A stretch of 64,000 bases of DNA. It comes from Octopus bimaculoides (Eukaryota). The position numbers were made by a program, and so were the translations under genes. This document shows, piece after piece, positions 26,008 to 38,787 of the stretch (within the stretch, counting starts at the first letter, position 1; each line of letters starts with the position of its first letter). The notes beneath the pieces are model-generated. The model ran no database searches. It was not told the DNA's origin and was given only the letters and a program-made list of their open reading frames with translations. The stretch spans positions 6,592,237 to 6,656,236 of the forward strand of contig NC_068993.1 in NCBI RefSeq assembly GCF_001194135.2, written 5' to 3'.

Positions 26008-27204
26008 ATATACGTGATACGATTTTCTTTCTATTAATAACAGCGTTGGCCCTATGGGGTCTGCTATTGATTTCCCTCTCTCGTTTAACTAATAATTCTA
26101 CCTGTAATTTATGGAAATTAAAATTGTGTTCACAATGTTTCACTGTTTATATTCGTTGTCGTTAGGCTATTGCCGTTCCCATTATTATAATTTGTTCAAC
26201 TTTGAAACCTGCTGTTTTTCACATCTTGTTTAAAGTAGTTTCAGCAGGTTAACTTGCAAAATATTTATCTAAATCAAATATGGGTTTGGTTTCAATTTTT
26301 TTTTTCATAAATAATTTACTAGAATCTGTAAAATTACAACAGCAAATTGTGTGTATTAAATTTTACTGTTATATATTTACATTAGCATTGATCGAGTTCC
26401 GGGATAAATTACACACACACATAATATTGCGAAATTGTTGGAACGTAATAACTTTCAAATTTTGGCACAAGGACAACATTTTTGAGTGGAGTAAGGAATG
26501 GGGGGGGGGGGCGAGTCAGTTACATTGACCCCTGAAGCTTTTACTGGCACTTTATTTTGTCGATTTTAAAAAGATAAAAGGCAAAGTCGACCATGGCACG
26601 ATTTGAACTCGGAACGTAGAGAACTGGAAAAAATACCGCTAAACTCTTTTATCCGATACGCCAACGATTCTGCCAGCTTCTGTCGCTTTTAATAAGTCGT
26701 AAATTTGGAAATTGTAAAAGCTAGTTATTTGGGTGCAAGTATCTCTCCCGTTTCCCTTTTCATTACCTATTTTTTATTTTATTTTGTAATTAATAAAGAA
26801 TCGTGATTGACAATTAAAAATTTAAATGGTTATTTTTCTTTATATTCCCCCCTCCCCACGCCACTACAGCTCAGACAATTTGGAGACGGTTGTGCTTGTG
26901 TGATCGAGTCATTTGCTAGAAATAGCAGCCAATTCGCACTGCACTTTCTTAAAGGAAAGCACATATAGGACAGAATAGATGGAGTTTGTATAGTTGTCTG
27001 AATAAAAGTTGATGGTCACGGTCGGAACGTCATTTGATTATAGGGTTAACTTGGTGTTTAGATCTACGTTTCGGCTCATTCTTGTGAAATAAATTTAGTT
27101 GGTGATTAAGCTGAGCTGAAGTTTTCAGTATTTTTTATGGGAATTCTCATAGTTTATTATGTCTTAGCATGTGATAGTGAATCCACACGTACCCATTAAA
27201 TTGC

Positions 27205-27224
27205 TTACAATCACGTGATTGTAA
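27205..27224. promoter_or_regulatory. Perfect 20-bp palindrome centred on a TCACGTGA E-box, ATP6V0C intron 1
   Basis: TTACAATCAC|GTGATTGTAA is its own reverse complement; regulatory role is inferred. Confidence 0.4.
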
Positions 27225-28403
27225 ACTTTTTAACATGACGAAACTTTTATGTAACTGTTTCGCGGGTTTCTTATGCATTTAAAAATTTTTTTTAGGAATA
27301 GTGATTACATGAAGACTGTTTATATATTGTATTTGATGTGATAGATGATATTTTTAATTTGATGCTAGAGTTTGGTCGATCGAATCTTGGCGGTTTTCAT
27401 AAAAACCGAATTGTGCTACCCCTTTACTGGAACGCAATCATAATTTTAAAAAATCGGTATAATTACTTGAGTCGCATTATTTTATACTTGGTTTTTTTTT
27501 CTGAAGAAAAGAAAGCAGGGTGTGTGGCTTAGGACAGAGCTGATACCGAGTTTAGATATGGGGAGCAAGTGCAATTCGTATCAAGATTTGACTCTAAATT
27601 GGGGGCTCAGCTTTTACACGAATACAGTATTTTAAGCTTTTTCTTTTTTTTTTGTATACGTTGTCTAAAAATTTTTTTGATACCAGAATTATGTTAGACA
27701 AAATATTAATAAATTGTCTTATTTGTTGCTGATAATCAGTTATTCTGATCGCTGAGTTCAATTTCTTGGTAAGCAGGGTTGAAGGGTTCTTTGCTTAAAT
27801 GATTGCTGGAACATTGTTTAAAAAAAAAAAAAAATTCTCAACATTGGCCCTCAAAATCGTCAAATTTGAAAGGGTCACATTAAAAAAATAAATTAATATT
27901 TACAACATCCCTACTATTATGGTTTTTCAATCATTTCAAATACCTCATGCTAACACTGCACCTTAAGTGCCAGGTCTCTTCTTATTACCATTTTCAACCT
28001 TGTTTTTTTAAAATTTCCCTGCTGTGAATCAATTCCTTAACAAAGCCATTAGCTTTCTTATTGAAAGATAAAATTTTCTGCAACCTAATTCAGTCTTCTG
28101 CTAATTAATGTATTTCAGTTTTATTTCTTTTTCGTTTCTTTTGGGATTGATTTTGAAATTCTCATCCATAATCTTCAAGATGAATTGATTGGAATTTCTG
28201 CAACAGTTGGATCTGGTGTCACATCAAATTTCAAATTTAAATGAAGTCGTTTTCGTTATCTCATTTAGTAAATATGTAACAACTTACTATTATTTTGTGG
28301 TTTAAGGATGTTTTATCGGCTTACAACAAGCTTTATTTTGTGTTGGCAGGTAATCTTGACTTGTTATTTTAACAATTTCTGTTTCTTTACTTTCCTCCTA
28401 CAG

Positions 28404-28587
28404 CACTTGGTGCTGCCTATGGCACAGCCAAGTCCGGCACAGGTATCGCAGCCATGTCTGTCATGCGTCCAGAGTTGATTATGAAATCCATCATTCCAGT
28501 TGTCATGGCTGGTATCCTCGCCATTTATGGTTTGGTTGTGGCTGTCCTTATTGCTAATAATATCAAACAAGGCTACAAGCTGTTCAA
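28404..28587 (+). CDS. ATP6V0C: V-ATPase subunit c, coding exon 2 ([61 protein letters not shown] + 2 nt)
   Basis: Pyrimidine tract plus CAG acceptor at 28401-28403; 184 nt in frame with exon 1; near-invariant [18 protein letters not shown] and [10 protein letters not shown] motifs; donor AA|GTAAGT at 28588 (phase 2). Confidence 0.98.
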
Positions 28588-30222
28588 GTAAGTGTTTTTT
28601 TTCTTTATAGTTTGTTGTATTGAAAGTTATTGCAAAGACATATACCCACAACTACCCTTAGATTTTATCTTCAGTTTTCTAAATTTCTAGCAAGGGAAAA
28701 ATTACTAATCAAAGAATATTATCATTCCTCTGTAATGGTTTGCATTGTAACTGAGGCAAATATACAGAGAAAATCAATTTTTCTGGTTTTTAAAATCCTT
28801 TTGTTACCATATTTATGTTAAAATACACAGCTTGCATTTAACTTAATCTTGAAAGTAATGAAGAATTTAGTAAATAAACTATAATTATAAAACTAAACAG
28901 GAAATTTGTATCAGAAACATAGGCAGTCTTGGGTTGGTTGGCATCAAAAAGATTAACGATTTCAGCCATCAAGGCTGATTAAGGTAAGCTAAGTAATTCT
29001 TGAGGATAACATTGTTGCAAACATTAAGATTAGATTTCCTGCCTAAGAGTCACCAGCCGAAAGGGCCTCTCTGAAACAGGCACATCTTGTAATGTGCTGC
29101 TGCTGCTTTTCATTAAACCATTATCAAAAAAATGTTTAGCGCTTGCAGAATTTGGGTTCATGACTTTAGCACCAATCTGTTGTCACTTATTCAAAGACGG
29201 TGTAAATACCAAATGGTGAGGTTTATCTTTAAGGTCAGCCATGAATGGCCCACAATTGCTCATCAGACAACCCGTTTGATAACAACCCATTAAACCCTTG
29301 AAGCTTTGATACAAGCTTCCTGTTTTAAGGTGACTTAAATTAAAACATTCCATCAAAATTAAATTTGAAGTTACTTTATTAAACCTTTTGATATTTTTAG
29401 AAACTGAAACAAGAGCATTGTATGTCAACAAATATGGTAATAAAACGGCTAATGCAGTTATCTAATTTTCAGAAAGAAAATATACTGAATTGTAGGAAGG
29501 CTGCACTGCCATTTGCTTGTACCTATTTGCTAGTTAAGACAACCAAGCAGAACAGTTTTAGCTTTAAAAAAAAAGACCATTACAAGAGCATCTGGTATTT
29601 TATCCTTGCTCTTGAGAAAAAGATTACGTTACAAATATGGACTTTAGAGCAGTGAGAGAGTTCAATTCTTAGTGGGTCAAAGTTGTAGTTGCTGGTTTTA
29701 TATTCTTAGAGACTTGTTACATATGTTGCTCCTGGTTTATAAGAATGTTAATTTTCTTCTATGAATCTGAATTCCCCACATGCTGTAACAGATAATTTTT
29801 TGTTTCACTAAGTCATGTGAATCTAAGCTGTTTCCATTCTTGATAAACAAAAGCCAATTCAACACTTGCCCCGTTTTTCAGAATAAATTAGCATAGAACA
29901 TTTAAATAGTTTCTTTGTTTAAGCCTTCTTATGCAAAATACTCTGGCTGACCAGCCTACTTGATGATGAGATGAAACTGGTGGCGTTAGTCTTTTCATCC
30001 ACTGACAAAATATATTCTGTTTTTGCACAAACACTCACACACATATTTGCATGCACATGCACATTTGAACGCATGCTTGCATGTGCACATGCATGCATGT
30101 GCATATACACATTCATATATATGCATGCTTGCATACACATTTGCACATGCATACACATATTTACACTCATGCACATTTGCACGCACACTCATCCACACAT
30201 TTGCACTCATGCACACGCACGT

Positions 30223-30460
30223 ACTCATATACACATTTGTGCATGTACACTCGCTCATATACACATTTGTGCATGTACACTCACTCATATACACATTTGT
30301 GCATGTACACTCACTCGTATACACATTTGTGCATGTACACTCACTCATATACACATTTGTGCATGTACACTCACTCATATACACATTTGTGCATGTACAC
30401 TCACTCATATACACATTTGTGCATGTACACTCACTCATATACACATTTGTGCATGCACAC
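30223..30460. repeat. 30-bp minisatellite, about 8 units, ATP6V0C intron 2
   Basis: Unit ACTCATATACACATTTGTGCATGTACACTC, nearly identical copies. Confidence 0.95.
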
Positions 30461-30747
30461 ACACACACACACACACACACACTCATACTGCCATTTTAAT
30501 ATAGTCAGCTCTCAAACATGTCAGGTGATAGATGTTCCCATTTTGCTTATGGTAATGTTATCAAAGCTTTATACTAAAACTGAATGAAGCTTTTTACTTT
30601 CACAATTTTGGGGACATTTTTTTGAACATGTTCTCTCAGACAGTGGCAGTTCTTTTTCTTTTCCTTTTCATTTCTTGTAACCTGACAGATTTATAAGACT
30701 CGCTGGTATAAGCGTAAATTTAACATGTTTCTTTGTTCATTTTTCAG

Positions 30748-30955
30748 GGCTTTTGTTCATTTAGGTGCTGGTCTAAGTGTCGGTTTGAGTGGATTAGCTG
30801 CTGGGTTTGCTATTGGCATAGTTGGAGACGCTGGCGTGCGAGGAACAGCTCAACAACCCAGGTTGTTTGTCGGAATGATTCTTATCCTCATTTTTGCTGA
30901 AGTATTGGGACTCTATGGATTGATTGTTGCGTTGATTCTTTCAACACGTGAATGA
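30748..30955 (+). CDS. ATP6V0C: V-ATPase subunit c, coding exon 3 ([68 protein letters not shown])
   Basis: ttttcag acceptor ending at 30747; in frame with exon 2 (AA+G = Lys). Spliced CDS 76+184+208 = 468 nt = 155 aa plus TGA. Contains the conserved FAEVLGLYG with Glu138. Confidence 0.98.
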
Positions 30956-32768
30956 GGCTTGCTAGTGGTTGCTGTTAAAAGAAGACAAAAAATAAAGAAA
31001 ATTTTAAAATAATTTAGGGGGTACGGTGGAAACAGTAATAATCTGAAGGAAAGGAAATAGAAAACTCCAATTTAAAAAGAAAAAAAATACCAAAAAAAAA
31101 GTTCTAATTGAATGTCTAATTTCATTATTTCTACCTTGGTGTCGTCGCCAGGTGGAAACTGGATGATCGATAATGAGGATAAAGCAGGCAGAAATAAACT
31201 ATTTTGAATGAAGAGTTGTTATATGCTGGCTGTGTAGGCAAATACAGGTGTACAGTTTGAATGTTGTTGTAAAGACACTTACTACTCCTTCCACCGTATT
31301 CATTAAACAAAATCTTAAGGCTCATTGTGTCAGATGTGATAGATCAGGAATTTTTTAAAGTGACTTGTGTGCAAAAAGAAACAACAAAAAAAAAGTGTAT
31401 TATTTACATACATATACATACATGAATGACTGTGTGCATGCGTGTGGGCGTGTGTGGGTCTTTCCTTGTATATTAAAACAATTTACTGGTCTTTTTTTTT
31501 CTCCCCCCACTTTTTTTTTTTCTTCCTGAAATATTAGAGGTTGACCATTTAATGCTGTAGAAAGTCTAATAGTTGTGGACAAAATAATTGTATATTGCAT
31601 TCTGTAATTGTGTTGGGCTGTAAGGAGGTTGATGTGGATGGTGGTGGTGGTGGCAGTGGAGGAGGAGGAGGAGGTAGTGGTGTTGAGGCTTGATTCCTAG
31701 TTGTCATTCATCAATGACCTATTCCATTAATTAATTATTCCATAATTTTTCCTTTGGTGGTCTTGTTGTTGTTGTTTTTGCCACCAACATCACTTTCTCT
31801 CTCCTGTTTTTTCCCCCCCTAATCCCCCCTTTTATTCTTTCTTGGAGTCTCTAAGGCTTGCAGCCATCCCACCCCCATTCCCCCTTATAGCTTGCAAAGG
31901 GCTGTTACCAGTATTGTTGTGCTATTCTTCCTCCAGCTCCTCCTCTTCTTCCTCCTCCTTCTGCTCGTTCACGTTTCCTACAGGTGCAGAAACGGTCATT
32001 TAGCCCACATAGAGCCAGACTTATTTCCAGAAAACGGTACCAGGTGTATGTTGAATAAAATGTAACACTTGCAGGTCCCAGTATAGTTTTTAAAGTATGT
32101 TGACCTATACATATGAAGTGTTGTTTTGTTTTTATGTTTGTTGGTTTTCTTTCTTTCTTTTTTTTTTTTTTTTTTTTNNNNNNNNNNNNNNNNNNNNNNN
32201 NNNNNNNNNNNNNNNNNNNNNNNNNNNNNNNNNNNNNNNNNNNNNNNNNNNNNNNNNNNNNNNNNNNNNNNNNNNNNNNNNNNNNNNNNNNNNNNNNNNN
32301 NNNNNNNNNNNNNNNNNNNNNNNNNNNNNNNNNNNNNNNNNNNNNNNNNNNNNNNNNNNNNNNNNNNNNNNNNNNNNNNNNNNNNNNNNNNNNNNNNNNN
32401 NNNNNNNNNNNNNNNNNNNNNNNNNNNNNNNNNNNNNNNNNNNNNNNNNNNNNNNNNNNNNNNNNNNNNNNNNNNNNNNNNNNNNNNNNNNNNNNNNNNN
32501 NNNNNNNNNNNNNNNNNNNNNNNNNNNNNNNNNNNNNNNNNNNNNNNNNNNNNNNNNNNNNNNNNNNNNNNNNNNNNNNNNNNNNNNNNNNNNNNNNNNN
32601 NNNNNNNNNNNNNNNNNNNNNNNNNNNNNNNNNNNNNNNNNNNNNNNNNNNNNNNNNACCATAGATTGAAGATCTTGTATGAGAATACACGTTCTTCCTC
32701 TTTCTCATATGTATTCTTGTAATTTAATGTTATTGTCTATTTTTTGGGGTTTTTTTTTCCATGTAACA

Positions 32769-32774
32769 AATAAA
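32769..32774 (+). terminator. One of several candidate ATP6V0C polyadenylation signals
   Basis: AATAAA followed by U/GU-rich sequence; other AATAAA copies at 30991, 31193 and 32054 cannot be ranked without RNA data. Confidence 0.25.
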
Positions 32775-35700
32775 CATTTTTCCTGCTTGTGGTCATGTTC
32801 TTCATACCAATATGTTGTTGATTATAATTCTAATTAAACAAGTCTTTTCATGGTGAAGTGTTGTACTTAAAAATGATTCTCCCTCTTGGAGGGGAAATAA
32901 TTTTATTACACTTATTTATACGTTTTTTAAAAAAAATTTTTATCTGTAGGACTCAAAATCGATAAAGCCTTAAATAACAGCAGTAAACATTGAGTTGGCT
33001 CTTATGGATTGAAAGCCAAATTCTGTCAAGGGGGCCTCTCTATCCAAAAAGGTTTTCAACCCAATATTTACATTATTTATAGCATTGCTCTTTGAGTTCC
33101 ACAGATAAAGTTATTTTGCATCCACTTAAAGTGTCTAAATTGTGACATAAACAGCACACACACGCACACACTTTTCATCTTGAATCCTTTAACATTCAAC
33201 TTAGTTTAAAGATGGTGTTTGGCCATACAGTTGACATTTACAGCCATTTGATTTTGGGTTCAATTCTATATTATGGCACCTTGCGTAAGCATCTTGTACT
33301 CTATCCCCAAGTTGGCTAATACCATGTGAGGGAATTTAGTTGATGGAAACGGCAAAAAGCCCATTGTGTGTGCATGTGCAAATTTACATCAATGTTTGTG
33401 TACTCCATGTGGAGTAGTGCTGATGTTGGTGTTAGGTTCAATTGCTCTGTACTTTTCAAGACATCCCTTAATTAGAAAAAAAAAAATAAAGGTTTGGCAA
33501 CAGGAAAAGCATCCAGCCATGAAAATCATGCTTAAAATAAATCTCCAAGCTCATATTAGCAAAGGAAAATAGAGATATGGACATGAGCATGAGAAATGAT
33601 TGTGTGCAGCAGACTAACACTGACTCAAATTCACTTAACATCTGCTTGTATTTGTTTAACACATCTAATTATATATAATGTTGTGGTCACTCATTTTCTT
33701 GCCTTTCACATTTCTGCATCCAACAATGCCTCTTTGGCTACGATGCAGTATCACACTTCATAAACAAGCATCATAAAAATTTACCCTTCACTTGGTTAGA
33801 GAAATCTCCCTCTTCTTAACAGAACTAATAGCTCACTGAATTTCTTTTTTTTTTATTATTATTAACTCTAACAACTGTCATTTCAGAATGTGTCCTTTTT
33901 CTACTGACTGAGTAAATAAAAGCTGTTGGCTTTTTCTAGGGAGCTCTCGCTAGTCCACCCCATACTCTAGAGGACTACACTTTCAGTTACTCCATTCTAT
34001 TGTTGAAAGCTACTTGATTATATTTATTCCCAGCTGAGACAAACACTTCATAAGTTGTTTCTTTTTTTTTTTATTATTATTATTACCAAATATCTTTCCA
34101 CAATACAGCTGCACATAAAATTGTAAAGGCTCGAGTGTCAGGTGTTTGTATGTGTGAATATCTCACTCTAGCAAGTTGTTAATGGCTAAGTTTTAAAAAT
34201 CTCTTTTCAAATTCATGCATATCTCTGCTTTATTTATTTCTCTTAAAACTAAAATTTTCTTTCTATATAGTAATTTAGTGATATTTTTCATAAACACTTT
34301 CTTTTTTTTGTCAAACATATCTCCAATAACAAACATTGTATTAAATTCTTTCTCTATACAAATCTTTGTTAACCCATATATACTTCTGGTTGTGGTTTTG
34401 CAATGCAAAACTTGCTCCTACTTGTCTCGATATGACCTTGCTGGGAAGCATCTGACTGAGCAAACAAAATGTTCTGTAGGTAGTTGACACCCATAGCTAA
34501 CAGTTCCATACTGTCCTCTTCCAGATTGCAAAAGCTTACCGTAACGTTTAATCCAAATACAGTGAAATTCTTTTATGGGCATTATATGGATTATTCCTAC
34601 ATTTTAAGTTGGTATCTCTTGCATTTTTATTTCTATTATCAAAACCTTTAGAATGTCACCTGCTTCTCTTTCCAGATGCTTTCTTTGTTGCAGTTTCTGT
34701 TAGTCGTAATAGCTTTTCTTCTCTGAAACTCGTTATACCATTCTCTTATCTTCTGGATTATGTTATTTAGTCCTTTCATCATCATTTAACTTCTGTTTTC
34801 CATGGCTTTGATGGAAGCTGGAGAGCTGCACCAGGCTCCTCCAGTTGTCTGTTTTGCCATGGTTTCTACTACTGGATCCTCAACTTAATGCCAACCATTT
34901 TACAGGATGTACTGGGTGCTTTTTATGTGGCACCAGCATAAGTCCTCCTTTTAGCTTTATCAACCTATATTTTTTTTAATTTGTTGGCTTTTTTTTTTTT
35001 CTTCCTTTGTAGTCCCTTACATTGCAGCGGCTTCAAGCCTTGTTTGAGAATTTTTGAAAGGAATTCTACCGTTCTATGATAGTCTGAACATATTTCTTTT
35101 TGGTTATAAAAAATTAAATATCATTATGCAAATGGCCATGAAATTGAATGACAAACCCACATCATTACAAATAAAATGCAAAATTTTGGCAATTAAAAGG
35201 AAAATATCTATATTTTTCTTTAGTTATTTCTCAGATAACATTGGCCATTCAAGCAATTAGTCACTAATGTTACTCAACCTGGTAGAAATGGTAGCGAAGC
35301 CTTCCTTAATTCACATATCTTGCTGTCTTAGCAATACATTACGCACTGTTTTGTGAAGGCCATGGCTGGAATGTCTAGTAAATCTGGACCATTGGGGGTG
35401 AAACATCAACAACTATAGTAAGCACTAAGTTTTTGGTGGTTGGTTGGTTGAGGTGGAGAAATAGTTTGATGCAAATTGCCAAGCCATTTGACCTTACCTG
35501 CAATCTCAGTTCCCTTATGATTTCGCTGTTTAAATTTGATAATGATTTTCTCTTCTTGTGATCTTTCTTTGGATTAAAGATGTCATAAAGACTTCAAATG
35601 TATTATTGATCTGGAAGATGAAATGAATTTCAGTCGCTGGAGGGAAGTGTAGGCCTTACTGCGCGCTATCCGATACTGTGTCATGTGTTGTTTCATGTTC

Positions 35701-38095
35701 TTCACTGGACTTTCAGAAAGAATTTTAATGTCGCTTGTAATATCAGACTTTAATGTTGTTCATAATATTGATGTCTAACACTAACAGAATCTCACAAATC
35801 TGAAAGAGTAAATTAAATCAACCACAGTATATGACTGGTATTATATTTTCTACTCTGGCGCTCATCAGTTAGGATAACAATTGTTCCAGTTGATTCAATC
35901 AACAGAAAGAATATCCTGCTTGTGAAATTAACGTGCAAGTGGCTGAGTACTCCTCAGACAGGTTCAGTGGGACAAAACTGACCCTATGAATTTCAGGTAC
36001 TACTTGCTTTTGTTAGCTGAATGGACTGGAGCAGTGTAAAGTAAAAGCATCTCGTTCAACGATACAATGCACAGTCAGGAATTGAACACCTGACCTTATG
36101 ATTGTGAGCTGAATACCGTAACCACCGAGCCACACACCTTCACTGGAAAGAGGGAGGGGTTGAGCCAATTAGGTCAACCTCACTTTTCACCTGGTATTTA
36201 TTTTGTTGTACCAAAGATACAAGTGTGGATGTGTGGTATCTTAGCAACTGTCATCTTCTATAGCCCCAGGCCAGTCAAAGCCTTCTGAGTCAATTTGGTT
36301 GACAGAAACTGAAAGAAGCTCATTGTATATAAATATATGTATGTATATCGTTCTCATCATCATTTAACGTCCACCTTCCATGCTGGCATGGGTTGGACGG
36401 TTTGACAGGAGCCGGCCAGGCAGAAGACCACACCAGGCTTCTGTAGCTGTTTTGGCATGGTTTATAAAGCTGGATCCTGGCACCAACCACCCTGCAGAAT
36501 GGACTCAGTACTTTTTACATGGCACCAGCACAAGCAAGGTCAGTTTTGGCATGGTTTTTACATACATATATATATATGTATACCTTTGGTGATGGCAAAA
36601 AAATTCCAAACATCTCAACCATTTCTTCACAACAATAATTTGACAATATTCTCATCTTCATGTAGTGCCAGAAGGAAGAACTTAATTTTCGGGAATAAAC
36701 AAACTACTAATATAGTTTCAAATTTGGGCACAAGGCCAGCAATTTCAGGAGAGGTGTAAGTCAATTACATTGGTCCCAGTTCTCACCTGGTGCTTATTTT
36801 ATCGACCCCAAAAGAATAAAAAGCAAAGTTGATCTCGACAGGATTTGAACTCAAAATGGAAAAACGGATAAGCTGCTACTAAGCATTTTGTCCGATGCAC
36901 TAATAATTTCTGACTTTCAGAAATCAGCTAACATAGACATGAGATCCAACCCTGCCTTATAAATGAATGACCACATGGTTTCAAGTTCAATTCTGCCTCA
37001 TGGTACTTCGGACTAGGGTTTTTTCTACTGCAGCCATTGGCTGACCAAAGGCTTGTGGGTGGATCTGATGGAGAGAAAATGAAAGAAGCCTGCAATAGTT
37101 GTAATTGAGTGTTACTGTCATACGAGAGATGTCTGCCATATCTGGTCTTTTTGACAAAACATGTTCAGCCCCAAGTAAGGGGCTGTTGACCCGGAAGGGA
37201 GTCTGAGCATAGAAAATCTACCCCCCAAAATTCTGTCAGGTCCATGCAAGGTTGGGAAAGCGAAGATGGAAACTACAGAAGCTTTCCATATGGATTGTGT
37301 CTGCACTGTGCTATACTCGTCCTGTCTGAGAATTACATAAAGAGTACATGAGGCTGTGGAATACTCAATCACTTAAACATTAATTTAAGAGCAGATAACT
37401 GAATCCTTATTGCTGAAAAGTGGAGACCTATCACCACCATCTCTCTCTTTATATATATATATATATATGTGTGTATATCTATGCATATATAGCGTTGCCT
37501 TACTGGCACTTGTGCCGGTGGCATGGAAAAACATTGAAGCAAGGTTGTTGCCAATGCTGCTGGACTGGCTCCTGTGCAGATGGCACGTAAAAGAACACCG
37601 TTTGAGTGTGGCTGTTGCCAGTACTTTGGCGGAATTTGAACTCAGAACATAAAGACAGATGAAATACTGCTAAGCATTTCGCCTGGCGTGCTAACGTTTC
37701 TGCCAACTCGCCGCCTTACATACATAAATATTAAAGCATTGGCATGGCTTGTTGTGGAAGCATTTGATGTCTGTCCTGAACTGTCAATGAAGATAATTTG
37801 GAAAACAAAAATTTAACAAATGTATCAGGCAAACCATTCTTGTTTTCACATTCTCCTGTCGAAAATTATTATATAAACAAATATGGGTGTATGTGTATGT
37901 ATATATATATATATATAATATTATAAGATCTGGTAATTAGTCATATATTAATATATTAATTAATATTGATTAATTATCAGGGGGCCAGCACATTTAAAGA
38001 ATCAAAGAGATTCAGAAATATTATCTGCAATCTCAGGGGATTATGGTACAGTCGACGTTATTTTTTAATATAGATAGATACACATACATACATGC

Positions 38096-38128
<33 letters not shown>

Positions 38129-38229
38129 TATATATATATATATATTCACATATATACATATATATATATATACACACATATANNNNNNNNNNTATATTCA
38201 CATATATACATATATATATATATACACAC

Positions 38230-38287
<58 letters not shown>

Positions 38288-38344
38288 ATATGTACATACA
38301 TGCATACGCGCACATATACATATGTATATGGGTGTCTGTGTGTG

Positions 38345-38379
<35 letters not shown>

Positions 38380-38743
38380 GGGATGAGACATGTATAGATG
38401 TATGTATGTCATTAACAGCATTTTAACATCCACTTTTTCATGCTAGCATGGGTCGGATGAAATTAGTGGAGGCAGATAATCCCTGTCCTAGATGACCTTC
38501 CTACTTAATTTATCGACCCCGAAAGGATGAAAGGCAAAGTCGACCTCAGTGGAATTTGAACTCAGAACGTAACGGCAGACAAAATACCGTTAAGCATTTC
38601 ACCCAGCATGCTAACGTTTCTGCCAGCTCACTGCCTTCCTACGACAAGTATTAGTCAGCATACACACACACACACACTCTCTACATTTTTTTCTCTATTT
38701 TTTATACTAGTTTATGGTATATTTTTATACCTATATCGAAACT

Positions 38744-38787
<44 letters not shown>

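Noticed and set aside
30725-30747. ORF-track start MFLCSFFR for the V-ATPase ORF
   Set aside because: This is intron 2 sequence; the real N-terminus comes from exons at 17765 and 28404.
34540-34770. Purine-rich minus-strand stretch ending at a GTAAGC donor
   Set aside because: All three frames contain stops and there is no good acceptor.
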